From: Amoebophrya sp. A120
Taxonomy: Eukaryota; Protista; Dinoflagellata
Direction of reading: 5' to 3'
DNA length: 64,000 nt
Assembly: GCA_905178155.1 (NCBI GenBank)
Contig: CAJINV010000008.1
Location: 1,674,001 to 1,738,000, forward strand
The notes under the pieces are model-generated. The model was not told the DNA's origin, searched no databases, and saw only the letters and a program-made list of their open reading frames with translations. The position numbers and the translations under genes are program-made. This document shows, piece by piece, positions 23,601-35,600 of this stretch. Every line of letters starts with the position of its first letter. Position 1 is the stretch's first letter.

Positions 23601-26600
23601 GGTTGCGTTTTCCGTGTCAAGAATCTCTTTCAAGCGGCGACGCAACAGCGTCTCCGCGGACTCCACGCGCGTTGAGAAAACTATTTTCTGCTGGAGGTCT
23701 GCAACAATGCGGGCTTGCCGGTTCAAAAAGGGCTGTAGGTCCAAATTGCGCACCATGGCCTGCCAGAGGTGACGCCCGAAGGGATGCGTGAGAAGCTTCG
23801 GCGCTTCGTGCAGGCAGAGCCGCGCCTTGTAGGTGTCTGGCAATGCACCCTCGGGATTGGGGGGCTTCACCGCGTCATACTTGACAAGCTGACCGTACAC
23901 GTCCATCGTTTGATTGTGGTTGCGGTGCAATTTTTTCACGTCAAACTTGATCTTCGTCCGACAAACCGGACACTCGTTGTTGGAATGGGCGGTAGCTTTT
24001 ATGTCTCCAACGCAGCCGATACAGTGGTGGTGCATGCACTGCGAAAACACGACAACGCGCTCTGGCAAGGCGATCGCCTCCATGCACACGTTGCACTCGA
24101 TAAGCGGCCGGAGCTCTCTGGCCTGGTCGTTCTGGCGGTCCTCCAAGACCTCCGCGGCGAGCTTGAAGCTTTCCACGAAGAAGTGCAACAGAAAGTAGGC
24201 ACAGTCAGGTACCGAGAGTTGCAGGCTCTGCGCCAATGCCTCTAGCGCCGCGCCAGCCTCGGCACCACTCGCCCTCTTGCGCAGGCATTCACACAGGCCC
24301 AGAAAGTTTTTTGTGGTATCGTCGGTCAGTCGTTCGTTTAGCCTTGAAGAGCACTGGGGGTCGAAAATGGCATGAGAATGCGAGCGCGGGGCGCTGCTAC
24401 CGAAGATGGCGCCCCAGAAGCCCAGCAGGATGGATCCGTAACGATCCACGTGGGTCAAGGAGGAGACACGTGACCCATCGAAGCTTTCGTCGTCGAGCAC
24501 CAGGGCAATGCCCGACCACAGGGTATCCAGGTAGGCCAGCATTTTCTCATTGGTGTCCACGTTGGCAGCAGCATCTTGGTCTGCCGTCTCGTCAAACCTG
24601 AGCGACCGCAGAAAAACTGGTCCACTTCCGGTGCGGTTCGCAGCATTTTTGTAGTCTACGACCTTTCGCACCCCAAGCAGCTTTTGGAGAATGTCGGGCT
24701 TCTGTGCAATGTTCACCTTGCCCTGCTCCGCTTGGAACTCTAGCGTCCCCACGATCGCCGCGAGTTTCTGTTGCAGCGTAGCTGTTTTCGAGTCGAACCC
24801 TTCGACTTTGAACGAGGTTCCCGGGACAGTTCGATTGTGCCGCGCACCGCGCCAGGCTTCGAGCACCTTGCACTCCGGGTCAATGAACTCGCAGAGCGGG
24901 ATGGTACCCGCGCCGGCCAGCCCGTGCGGGGCGTAGGTTCTCCCGCACGCCTTCTGCATCGCTTCTTCGCCGCCGAAGAGAATTTCCGGTGCGAAGGTAC
25001 GACAGCCACTTTCGCAAGCGTCCCAACCATACCGGGTAAAAAGGGACCGCAACCACAGTGCGCGGCACTGCGACGCGAGCAGTTTCTGGAACTGCTTGTA
25101 CCTCTTTAATCCGTTCGGATCGATCTCGCTGAACGCGGTCATTTTGCTGAGGGCCGTCTCGTCATCGGAAAGCAACAAGGACGCGGCGACTATGTGTAAC
25201 GTGATAGTAGCATCAAGTTCTTGTTCCGTGCCGGGATTGCTTGGGCCATTCGGGTTACTCAACCTCGCCTCTTCCATCGTACTGAGAAAAGGGGTCCAGC
25301 GCTGCCTCAGGTCTTGCTCGAGCTCTGGCAGTCGACAGTAGTATGTGAGTTCCGCTGCGTAGTCGACGGCCAGTCGCACTTGCCCCACACTGCGGGCGAG
25401 CAACACATAATCGCTGGTTTCCGCAGCTTGAAGGAGGCTGAACACGGCGCTCCGCAACAGCGTAGTAGAGAACTGTAACACCAAACCAAACGCGGCTTTG
25501 TATCGCTCAGTATCGAAGCTCTGCAGCTCGTTCAACCGCATCTGTTGATTTTCTGCGGCGTGGCTTGATGCACCGGCACCGCTGGCACTACTGCTACCTC
25601 CCCTCTCGGCGACGTCCATGTCAATATCCTCGTCCTGCGAATTGCGGTTCCTCTTCGGCGCGTACGTGAGCAAATTTTCGACGGCGGCAACCAGCATTTT
25701 TGCGGCATTCTTACTGTGTTGCGTGATGCGCTTGCGATCTGCCTCCATTTGCCGCTGCGCAAGGTCGTGAAACAAACTCCGGCCCGCCGCTGTGCTGCCG
25801 TCGCGGGCGGGGGTCAAGATGTCGTTCAGCAAGTGCTGCAGCGCACCGCTTGCTGTAGCAGGTGCTAACGCTAGCACGGAATCGAGCTTCTTTCTTTTGC
25901 AGACCTTTTGACCCGAATCCGCTTGCTCTCCTGCTAGCAGTTCGACTCTTCGTCGCTTTACCGCCGGCTCTGCCTGCTGCGCACCAGTGGAATCGTCAAG
26001 ACCAAGACAGTCTGGAGGTTTATTCATCTCCGGGTCGTTGAGGGTCCAGTCAGAAAGCAATGCGATCACGGCCATCGGCTTCTCGACCAAGCTCTGCTGG
26101 TGCAGCAACACCTTGATTAACAACCCGCGCAAAGGACTGCTGTGGTGAATGGACGGGAAGATTGACTGCAGGCTCGGGCTTCGACAGGCCACGATCTCCG
26201 TGAGAGCGTGCATGACCCCCTCGTCATCACATCCGACAGCCGTGAATTGCTGTGCAATAGCGTCGACGAAAAAGTTGCGAACGCGCGCGGTACATTGCTC
26301 CCGCCGCTTCAAGGTGAGCATATCCGCATCCAGATCGGTGTTTTGCTGATGTCCAACCATGTCCACATCTGCGTCGAGATCAATTGCAATGGGGAGCTTG
26401 TCCTGCCTCTCGTACCTCTCCGCCAACGCGATCCACGCTCGCAGAGCTTCCTCCAGCTTCCTGTACCCATCGACCTTCGTGATCGGGGAAGACTTCACAT
26501 CGAAAAATGCCTCGAACAGTGCCGGATTCAAATGCGCGCGGTAAATTGTCTTCGTGATGTGTAGTTGATCTCTCGGAGATCGCCGCGGGAGTCGTCCCGG

Positions 26601-29600
26601 CTGCTGTCGAGATTTGTTCTTGCTTGCCAGCAGCTCGACTTTCTCCTGGACTTCAACTCTCCGGGCCAGCAGGAGGCGACGGGTTTGTGTGTCAACGATT
26701 TTTGGCTGTACAGTCTTCTGCAGAGTCTCCTCATCTTTCAACGAGTACGTCGCCAGCTGGGTAATATCGCCGAACCGAAGCTCGTCTCTTTCCACGACGG
26801 CGTGTGCCACCTCCGGGAGAACGAAGTGCGTCAACGCGGCGCCAAGCAGGCTGACGGAGGAAAGTTGCTGACGGCACACGAGGATCTGCGTCTCGAGTAA
26901 AGCCGTATCGGCAGAAGCGCTGTCGGCCGGCTCCATGTCTGCATCCTCGGCAAGTTGGTCTACTCCGTACTGTTCTTGTTGCCGCCGAGAGCCAAAGCTT
27001 GGATCTGCTCCACCCGCTCGTCCCTCTGCTGGAACCTTATCCTTCGCTTTGTGACCTCCTGTCCCTGCGTTCTCGTCCCCGTTACAACTCTGCATCAAAT
27101 CCTCCAGCACATCTTCGCAGAATCGTTCCACTCTTTTCAAGTGTTCGAGAAATCCTGGAAGCTCCAGCACGGCGAGGCTTTTCACAGCGTCAATGACGCC
27201 CGTTCGTGCGGAGGAGCCGTGATCTAGCGGAATCCACGAGATAGTCGGCTGCTCGCCGCGTTGCGATCTTTGCGTAGCCATCCTCAGAGCAGGATCGGGA
27301 AGATTATTCCTGTTCGACGATGACGAGGAAGAAGATCCTATGCCGCTCATCAGAGAACCGTGTCCCGCGGCTGATGAAGATGATGCTGGGCCCAGAAGCT
27401 CATCACGGGCGGTGGAAGCATGTTGTTGACCTCCAGTGTCGCGGCTTTGCTGTTCATGATCAGGATTTTCGATCGCAATCAAAAGTTCAGGATCCTCGTA
27501 CAGAAATTTGGCCCGAAAGCACTGCACCACGCTCGAGGAGATCCTTTTGGTAAGGGCAGCGAGCACCAGCTTCAATGCGGTTCGTTGAGGCTTCGAGCTG
27601 TCGTAGGCTTTAAACAGGTCGGCATCAAGAGCGGACATTAACTGCTTCGTAGCAGACACATTGCACGCTGTCTCGGTAAAGACTCGGGCCTCCAGCAGCA
27701 ATCCCTGCAGCAACGGCCGCCACACAGTCTGCCGGAGTTTCTCAAACAAGATTTGCACACACACGAATACAAGCACCTCCTGGTACCGGTTATTTTCGTT
27801 TCCGTTTCCCTCTTCCTCGGCGTCGTCAAGAATATCGCCGTGATTTTCTGCCTCTTTCTGCGCCATCAAGAAAAGTACCCTACCGCTCGTTTTCACCGCA
27901 CGAGCCGCAAGAGACGACTGGCTTTTGTTGTTTGCGTTTGAAGATCTTGTCGCCTCGTCGTGCTCTGTCAATGCATCAAGTCCGAGAGAGGTGGTAGCTA
28001 GCATTCGCATCAGATCGCAACAGTAAACTCGGGTCACTGTATAACTCTGCGAAAGACCCATCACGTCAGCAGGAGAGCCGTTGTTTTTTGTCGTATTGGA
28101 GGAAGCGCCCTGGTTGTTCTCGCGGCCGGTTGCAGAGGTCACCTGTCCGAGCGGAGATGCTTCGTGCACCGAATTGGATTTCGATGAGCTACCCCCTAAG
28201 CGGTCCAGCAAGTTTGCGGTTGTTTTGGACAACAGTCCACCCAACCGGTTCAAGTAACTCGGTGATGATTTTGGCTGTTCCTCCTCTGGCTTATCGCCGC
28301 CGCTGGTGGTTTTCTTCTTGCTGGTTCCGAAGATGTCGTTTCTTTCCTCTACAAGGAGACCGGACAAAGCCTCGCTTTTTCGCACGCCCTCGTAAAACTG
28401 CCGAACTTCCTTCGCGGTAGTCAACCTGGAAGAATCTGTGCGGGCGAAATCATCATGGATAACTTCTTCCTCGTCTCGTGCAATACGGTCGTCATTTTTC
28501 CTCTGCTGCTCTTCTTCGTCACTACTGGTGCTCGAGCTGTTGGCATGTGTTGTCTGCGCGATTTGCCCCTGTAGTTCTTGCCCACTATTTTCATTACCTT
28601 CAGCGATTTGCAGGTCCTTGATTGCCAGTTGGCGTGCTTCTCCGTACAAGTGAGGAAAGAAGGGAAGCTGACATGAAAACAAACCCTTAATCCACGTCTG
28701 AGCTGGAACGGAAGTCTGTGGTAGCCTCTGCAACGTACCGCACCACCGATCCTCCTGCAAGGAAAGCAGGTCCATGTTGTTGCACAAATCGCAGTCGGCG
28801 AGTACGACGGCAAAGGCCTTCGCCGCTTCCTCATGAAACGTGCGTACGCACGCGTCGCGAAACGTGCCCTCGCGGACGGACCGCTGACGCTGCGCCACTG
28901 CATCGATCCAATTGACAACTGGGGAAGTTGTTGGAGTTCCTGACGCTGCGCCGGTGCTCAGCACGTCCGCGACTCGCGCGAACATACCACGTAGGAGTGC
29001 CGCAGCGCGGGAGACACCTCCTCCTGGCGCGTCGGGCATCGTCCGCGAAGATGAGGTCTCCTCCATGAAGCGCAGAATCAAACGCACACGCAGCTCACGA
29101 CGGGGGTCGTCCGCCGTCCGCGAACAAGCATCCCAGATGATGTTCTTCGTTAAAGCCCGCAGCATGGCCTCGCTCTGCTGCAGAACGCGCTCTGAAATAA
29201 CGTTGATTGCGCCGCCCACTTCCCTTTGGCTCTTCGTTTTTCTAGCACCATCATGGTCCTCGTGGTAATTCTTCTGCCCCCCGCCCTGTCGATGCAGGCG
29301 TCCCTCCTCTTGGGTGTCCGAAATGAAAAACTGCGTGGGGCCCTCCTCCTCGTCTTCGGGAATCATTTGTGTCATGCCAATTTCGATTTGGCTGCTTTGC
29401 ACCGCTTCGGCCGGTTCGTAAATTTCTTCAGGCGACGGACCGCGGGAAGTAGACGGCTTCGGCGCTCCGTGCTGCGAAGTAGATGATCCGGTGGACTTTT
29501 CTCGTTCTTGATCCGCCAAGAACAAAACCCGCTTGCGCAAGACGGCTTCAATGCTGCCCAACTGGCGTAACTCCATGATCGAGCGAGGGAGGTAAGGTGC

Positions 29601-32600
29601 CGCGGTGTCAACGTCCGAGCCTGTAGCTACATCTCCTGCCGTACTTGCGATACTGCACGTCGTCAGGTCGTCAACGTGGTAACAGCGCCAGCCAGCCGGC
29701 TGACCCGCGTACTCCGCAAGGGAACTCGCGACGACAGGAAGCTGCACGAGAAACAAGATCGTGGTCGCCTCCATACAAGAAGAACTCATAGCGGTTTTAT
29801 CATTCCCCATTGGAGCTTTTAGGTGCTTCGCGGCCGTATTCTGAACACAGTACCGGGCGCATTCGATCAAGTTGTTGTAATTTCCGCGCGACGTCGTGGT
29901 TGACGAGCTTGTCCCTGCAGCGGAGAAGTTCTCGCTGCTTTGCACTATCAGCAAACGGCGACGCAGTCTCGAAGATGTTGTAGTTGCGGAGGACGAAGTA
30001 GGTTCTAGTAAGTTGGACTGAAATGAGTCGATCAGGTCCTCCCCATCAACATCCACTTTCGCATCGTCGCCTTGCATACACGTCGCTTCAGCCTTGCAGA
30101 ACTGCTTCACGACGCTCTCCAAGTTGCTCTCCGACTGGATCTCATTCAATGAAACCAGCATCGCGCTTTTCTTCGGCTCGATCGCGAGACCCTCACATAA
30201 CCGGTTGAGGTCCACCTGTGTCAGAAGGCGCGCAAACGTCGTTACCTGAATGTAGTCGAGGTTTTGTGCGCTCTTCGCTTTGATAGCATCCAAACCCCCA
30301 GCACGACCGCCCGCACTCTTCTTGCTGTCCGTCCGATCCCGAAGCGGCGACGGCGTCTTCATCCTCTGCTCTCCGCCAAAGCTGGCACGAGACTGAAAGT
30401 GCTTCTGCATGGCGTCTTGAGGCGCTCGAATAATGGGCAGCAGCTCCCGAGTGTCTGAACGGAAGTAGTCGGCTGGGACTTCATCGTCTCGTGCGGTGGT
30501 ACCCACATCCAGCTGCTTATCAGCCCTATTCTTGTCTCCAACTAGCAAAGTCGACGAAGATGAAGCCGCAACCGTGCCTGTCGAAGCTGTAGCGCTGCAA
30601 CACGCACCGTACCGCAGAACCGCCTCCGGTGTCGCCGTTTGCAAAAGGAGCTCTCTCGTGCGCTGGAACAAAGCTGTCTCGTAATCCTGCTTCTGCGTCT
30701 TCTCGGAAAAGGTAAATTCGGATCCCGCTTTGGCGACGAGCAAGTAGCAGGTTTCGTCGTCAAACCCAACAAACGAGTTGTACAGACTCTCTTCCGCTTC
30801 CACTTGTTGTACCTCCTCACTTTCGAGGGCATCAGCGCCCTCGTTCAACATTTCAACGTCATCAACGTCCACTCCTGCTTCGCCTCCAAGAAGCTTTTGG
30901 CTGGAGGACACCTCGGCCGCGGAAGTTTTGTCCACAACAAGCTTAGGTGTTGCGGTCGCTTCTGCTGTGCCATCTCTCACGACTTTTCCGAAACGCAACG
31001 CCCAGTTCCGCAGCCGGAAAGCGACTCGCTTTTCCACCTCGGTGCGCAGCGCGAGCTTGACAGACACTTCGTGCTTCTCCAGACGATTGATCAGGGGAAC
31101 CGGGAAGTCGCGCAGAATTTCTTCCTTTGTCGCCACAATCACCAAGCGCGCGTCCGCGTGCACGCGGCACTTGAAGCGGTTGGTACCCAGCCCCAAATCG
31201 ACGTACTTGTTGCCGCCACACAGCGTGTAGTACTGGTTCAGCGCGTCGTAGATCGACTCGTAAATCATTCCGAGGTTCACCAGCACGCACACCACGCCCT
31301 TCTCCAGACAGAGCTTCACTGCGTTGATGGCCCGGCAAATGTTCGTGTATTCGTGGTCATTCTTGAAGCTGGATCCGAAGAGAATCTCCACCTTCTTGCT
31401 ATTCTGGCAGTTGAGAATGTTGTTCTCCTGCAGAACGTGCAAGGCGGCGAAACCCTTCCGGGCCACGATCAACGGGTAGCGGACCGGGTCGCTGCCGTCG
31501 GGATCCGAGTGCCGCAGGTTGTCCAGCAGCATGTCCAGAACCTGCACGCTGCAGCTATTTTCGCCCTCGCCGTTTTCCTCGTGCGGATCTTCGGCTACGT
31601 CTCGTGGTGAGCGCTGATCGTCCTCAGGCTCTCCTTCATCAAGCGGAAGCAAATGCTCCTTCTTCGGCCGAGGCGCGCTGCTCGACGAGGCTGCTGCTAC
31701 TGCGCCTGGGAAAAAGTGCATAAAGTTTTAGCTCCTGATAGATTCTGAACATATACATCATTTTCAGCCACTTACTTCGAACATGAAGATCATCTTCAAA
31801 CGGAATGCGGCCCGTCGATCGGTGAGGCAAAAGGAAAAAAACGAAAACCTGCTGTATTTATACCTGCGAAGATTTTGGCCGCTTCCAATGCCTGCGTAGG
31901 CTCGTGCGAAACGTCACTCACGCGGAAGAGATTGTTGTGGAACAGCGCGACTGCGTCAATGCGACTCATACCGCACGTCGTGAAGTTGCGGCGCAAGCAG
32001 TACGAAATCACAACGACGCACCGATTCACCTCCAAATCGATCGCCGTCGGAGCAGCGCCGGGAGCACCTCCAGGACCTACGGCAGCTTTTATCGCAGCCA
32101 CTTGCTGGCTCTTCTTGCCTCTTTGCGCCCCGCGGGCAGCCGCCGCCGCCATCTGCTGCGCATCCTCCTGTCGCTTTTTGTACTGCAGGACCTTTTCAGA
32201 GACGTGGCTCACCGACCACTTGCGTTTGTCGGCCTCCTGCCCGATCATTTTCAAGAGGCAGTAGAAATCGCGCAACCCGTGAATTTCCGGCTGACCCTGG
32301 GTTTTGTACAGCTCCGTGTAGGTTGCGACGATGATCTCCAGCATTTTGTCGTCCTCGGACACGCGCAGGATTTTCGCCCCCGTTTTCTGCAACTCCTTCT
32401 CGTCCGGCTCGTCACGCGACACCAGGATGCCGCGGTTCATTTTCGCCGGGTCTAAGCTCCAATTCGAAATCCCGTAGAAGCCCGTCTTGAAGTAGGGCTC
32501 GGCGTCGTCGAAGGAGCCCCCCTATCAAATGTAAAAATGTCTGGGTCTGGAAAGGTTGGAACTTGTGATGCAAACTCTGGAGCACAGAAAAATTTGTGTT

Positions 32601-35600
32601 GCATGAGCGCCAAAAGCTGTTCACTTCTTGGCACGCAAGCAGGAAGTTTCTCATGCGGGAGGGGCATCATGAGGCGTGCTCAAAACCTGTGATGCTTTTG
32701 CCTGCATGAGACGCCATTTGCGTGATCCGAAATATGCATGACAAGTCTCGCAATCTTCCAGACCCAGACATTTTTACATTTGATACCTCCGGGCTGCACC
32801 CAGTTTCCAGCAGGGGGTGCAGCGTTTTCAGGGCCATCGTGTCGCTGTACTCCGCGAGCCCCACCTCGTCCAGCACCGCCACGGCCACGGACTCCTCCAG
32901 GTCCTTCCCCCGCTGTCGGCGACTGCAGTCGCGGAAGACCTTCATGATGCCGTCCGAGGTGGAAAGGGGCGAGCACTGGTAGGACACCTGCACGCACTGC
33001 TTCAGTGTCTGGTACAACGGAGACTGCGACGACTTTCCCTTCATAGCGTCGTCCACCAAGGAGCGAGCTAGGGACTTGGAGGTACCTGGCTTGCCCACGA
33101 TAAAGAGCGGGATCCGGAGCTCCGCGCAAATCGTCATGAGGAACACGTTTTCGGTCAGCGCCTGGTTCTCGGCGATGTTTTTGTCCTCCAAGTTCGCGCT
33201 CTTCGAAAGTTCCTGCATGAAAAAATCCATCACCGTCTTCAAAGTTGCCTCGAAATTTTGCTTGGTTAACCAGCGGAGTTTGTGCTTGCACTTTTCTTCA
33301 TCGGCCTCGTACTCGTCCGCCCTCGCCGCTTCATTGCCACCGGAACGGGAAGACTTTTTGGAGATCGGGTAGCAAACGTGCGTCAAAAACGCGCTGCGAC
33401 TGGCGGGCGCCAGGGCGAGGTAGTAACACACACCCAGCGAGCAGATGAAGGCGGCCTCGTGCAGGTCGTGGTTAGCTTTCTCTGGATCTCGCAGGGCGGC
33501 GCTTTCTAGCGGTGTTTTGTTGTTCCACAGTTCGCCAAGCGCTTTGTTTTCCAACTGCGTGCAGAAAAAATGATACACGGAAAGGCACCGCTCGACGTCG
33601 CGCAGCGAGACAAACGACTTTTCGGTTTTGGAGTTCTTCATAAACTTCTGACACAGCTGGAGCACGCGGGCAATCTGCTTCTGTGTTTTGTGCATCGTCG
33701 ACTGGAGGAAAACGCCAATGGTAAAAGTATCGCGCCGGGTCATTCCTCCTGAAGATGCAGCAGCCATCTGCCCAGCGTTTCGCGCTGCTGGGTCGAGATT
33801 CGATGACGAAGATGAACTCCTGATGCTTTGCAACATGTTCCAAACGCATTGACGCAAGCGGCTGCTTTGCTGCTCCACGGCGGTACGGACATTTTTGGGA
33901 GCAACTTTAGAGGCCTCCCTATCCATCCGAAAAACCTTCCAAGGAGCAAAAACGTTACGGCGATCATTCATGTTTTTACAAACGTTCAGACTGAAGACGG
34001 GAAGTTTCTTGTTCGAAAGTTCTATGTCTCCCGGAAACTTCTCCGTGTGAGTGGTTCCGTCGCAGAGCAGATAGAACGGAGAAGGAGGATGGACAGATGA
34101 AAAAACCTGGACGCGAACCTGCACGATTGACGCATCGGCATCCTGGTCTTGGAAAGAGGCAACAGAAGCTACTGTTTCGCATTGGTCCTTATCGTAGTAT
34201 ATATACAGCTCGTCTGCTCGAGTTGCCGTTCTGAGTAGCTTTTCGACCAGTGGGACTGCTCTCGGGTCCTTGAATTTGGAGCTCCATTCCACCGTGGGAC
34301 ACAAAGCGTCGAACGTCATCATGTCCGGCCTTGCATTGCTGCTCCCAGGAGCAGGAGCTTCGACAAGCATTGGCATTCCGTCGTCGTCGACATCTGCGTC
34401 CTGGTGTTTTGGTTGCACGACCACACCAGCTGCGGCTCCCCCGTGGTCGCCGTTGGAGTTATCAAATGACGTCGCTGCCAAGAGACTTTGCTTTTGCGTC
34501 TTCTCCAGTTCGCGCCGAACCAGCAACTGAATGTAGCTCGCTTCGCTCTCCTCTGAGAGGCAACCAAAATCGTAGATGTGGATGCGCAGAGAGGGCGGCA
34601 GCGGGTGAACACGGTACACCAAGTGGCGAATCGGAATCAGCTCTTGCTTTTCGTCCCGTCGCAGCTGCACAGTCGCCTGCTCCAACTCCGCATCATGGGA
34701 GTTATTTCCTGTGGCCGCCGCCGGATCTGTGTCACTAGTGGTGCTATCGTGGTGGTACCCCAGCCCGCTTTTTGCCATGCGCGCAATCAGCTCCGGGCTG
34801 TGCCGGCGGTACGGGTTGCACGCGATGCAAATTTTCAACCCGAAGCGCTCCATAGCGATGACGCGCTGCCCGTCAAAAGTCCGGTCGGACATCAGTTCTT
34901 GGCAGAGCCACAGAGCCGCATAGCTCGTGTTGCACTCGTCGAAAAACAGCACGGTCGTTTGGATATTCTCATCGACAAAGTTCCGCTCCGCCATGCGACT
35001 GGCGTCAGCGACCGCGCGCCACACGTCCTCCTTGTCCGTACCCCCGTGCACCTTCACGACCTTGATGTTCGCCTTTTTCATCTGCACTTGCTGTGCTGCT
35101 CCTCCGCCAAACTGCCGGAGCATGGCGTCCTGCTGCCGCACCTGGGCGTGCTTCAACGCGGCGCACAGTTTGGCGTAGTATTCCACGAGTCGCGTTTTGC
35201 CGATGCCCGTCTCGCCAAAGAGGCAGACCGGGATCCCACAGTGGAACCGTACGTGCATCGCTAGAAGTTTCTGACAGTTGTCGAGCGTTAACTCGAAGGA
35301 CTGGTCCGGATCGTCCTCTTTACCGAAATCTGACAGGGCGTCCAGCACGTCCGGCGGCGACAACACGGGTAGCAGCTTCTTGATCTTTTCGAGCTTCGGC
35401 AGTTTCCCGAAGTCCTCGTTCAACTTGACCCCGTTCCCCTGCAGCGCGTCGAACAGCTCCAGACCCATAATATTCTTCTCGATCACGATGTCGGATTTCC
35501 GGTCAAGCAAGTGCCCCGTTTCGCTGTCAATGGCAAAACCCAAAAACGTCATGGACTGCCCGTCGCTTTGGAAAAACAGATACGGATGCGGCGTGGATTC

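Noticed and set aside
31706-32786. Broken RNF213-like ORFs read as a pseudogene or frameshifts
   Set aside because: GT-AG introns restore the frame and the conserved motifs exactly.
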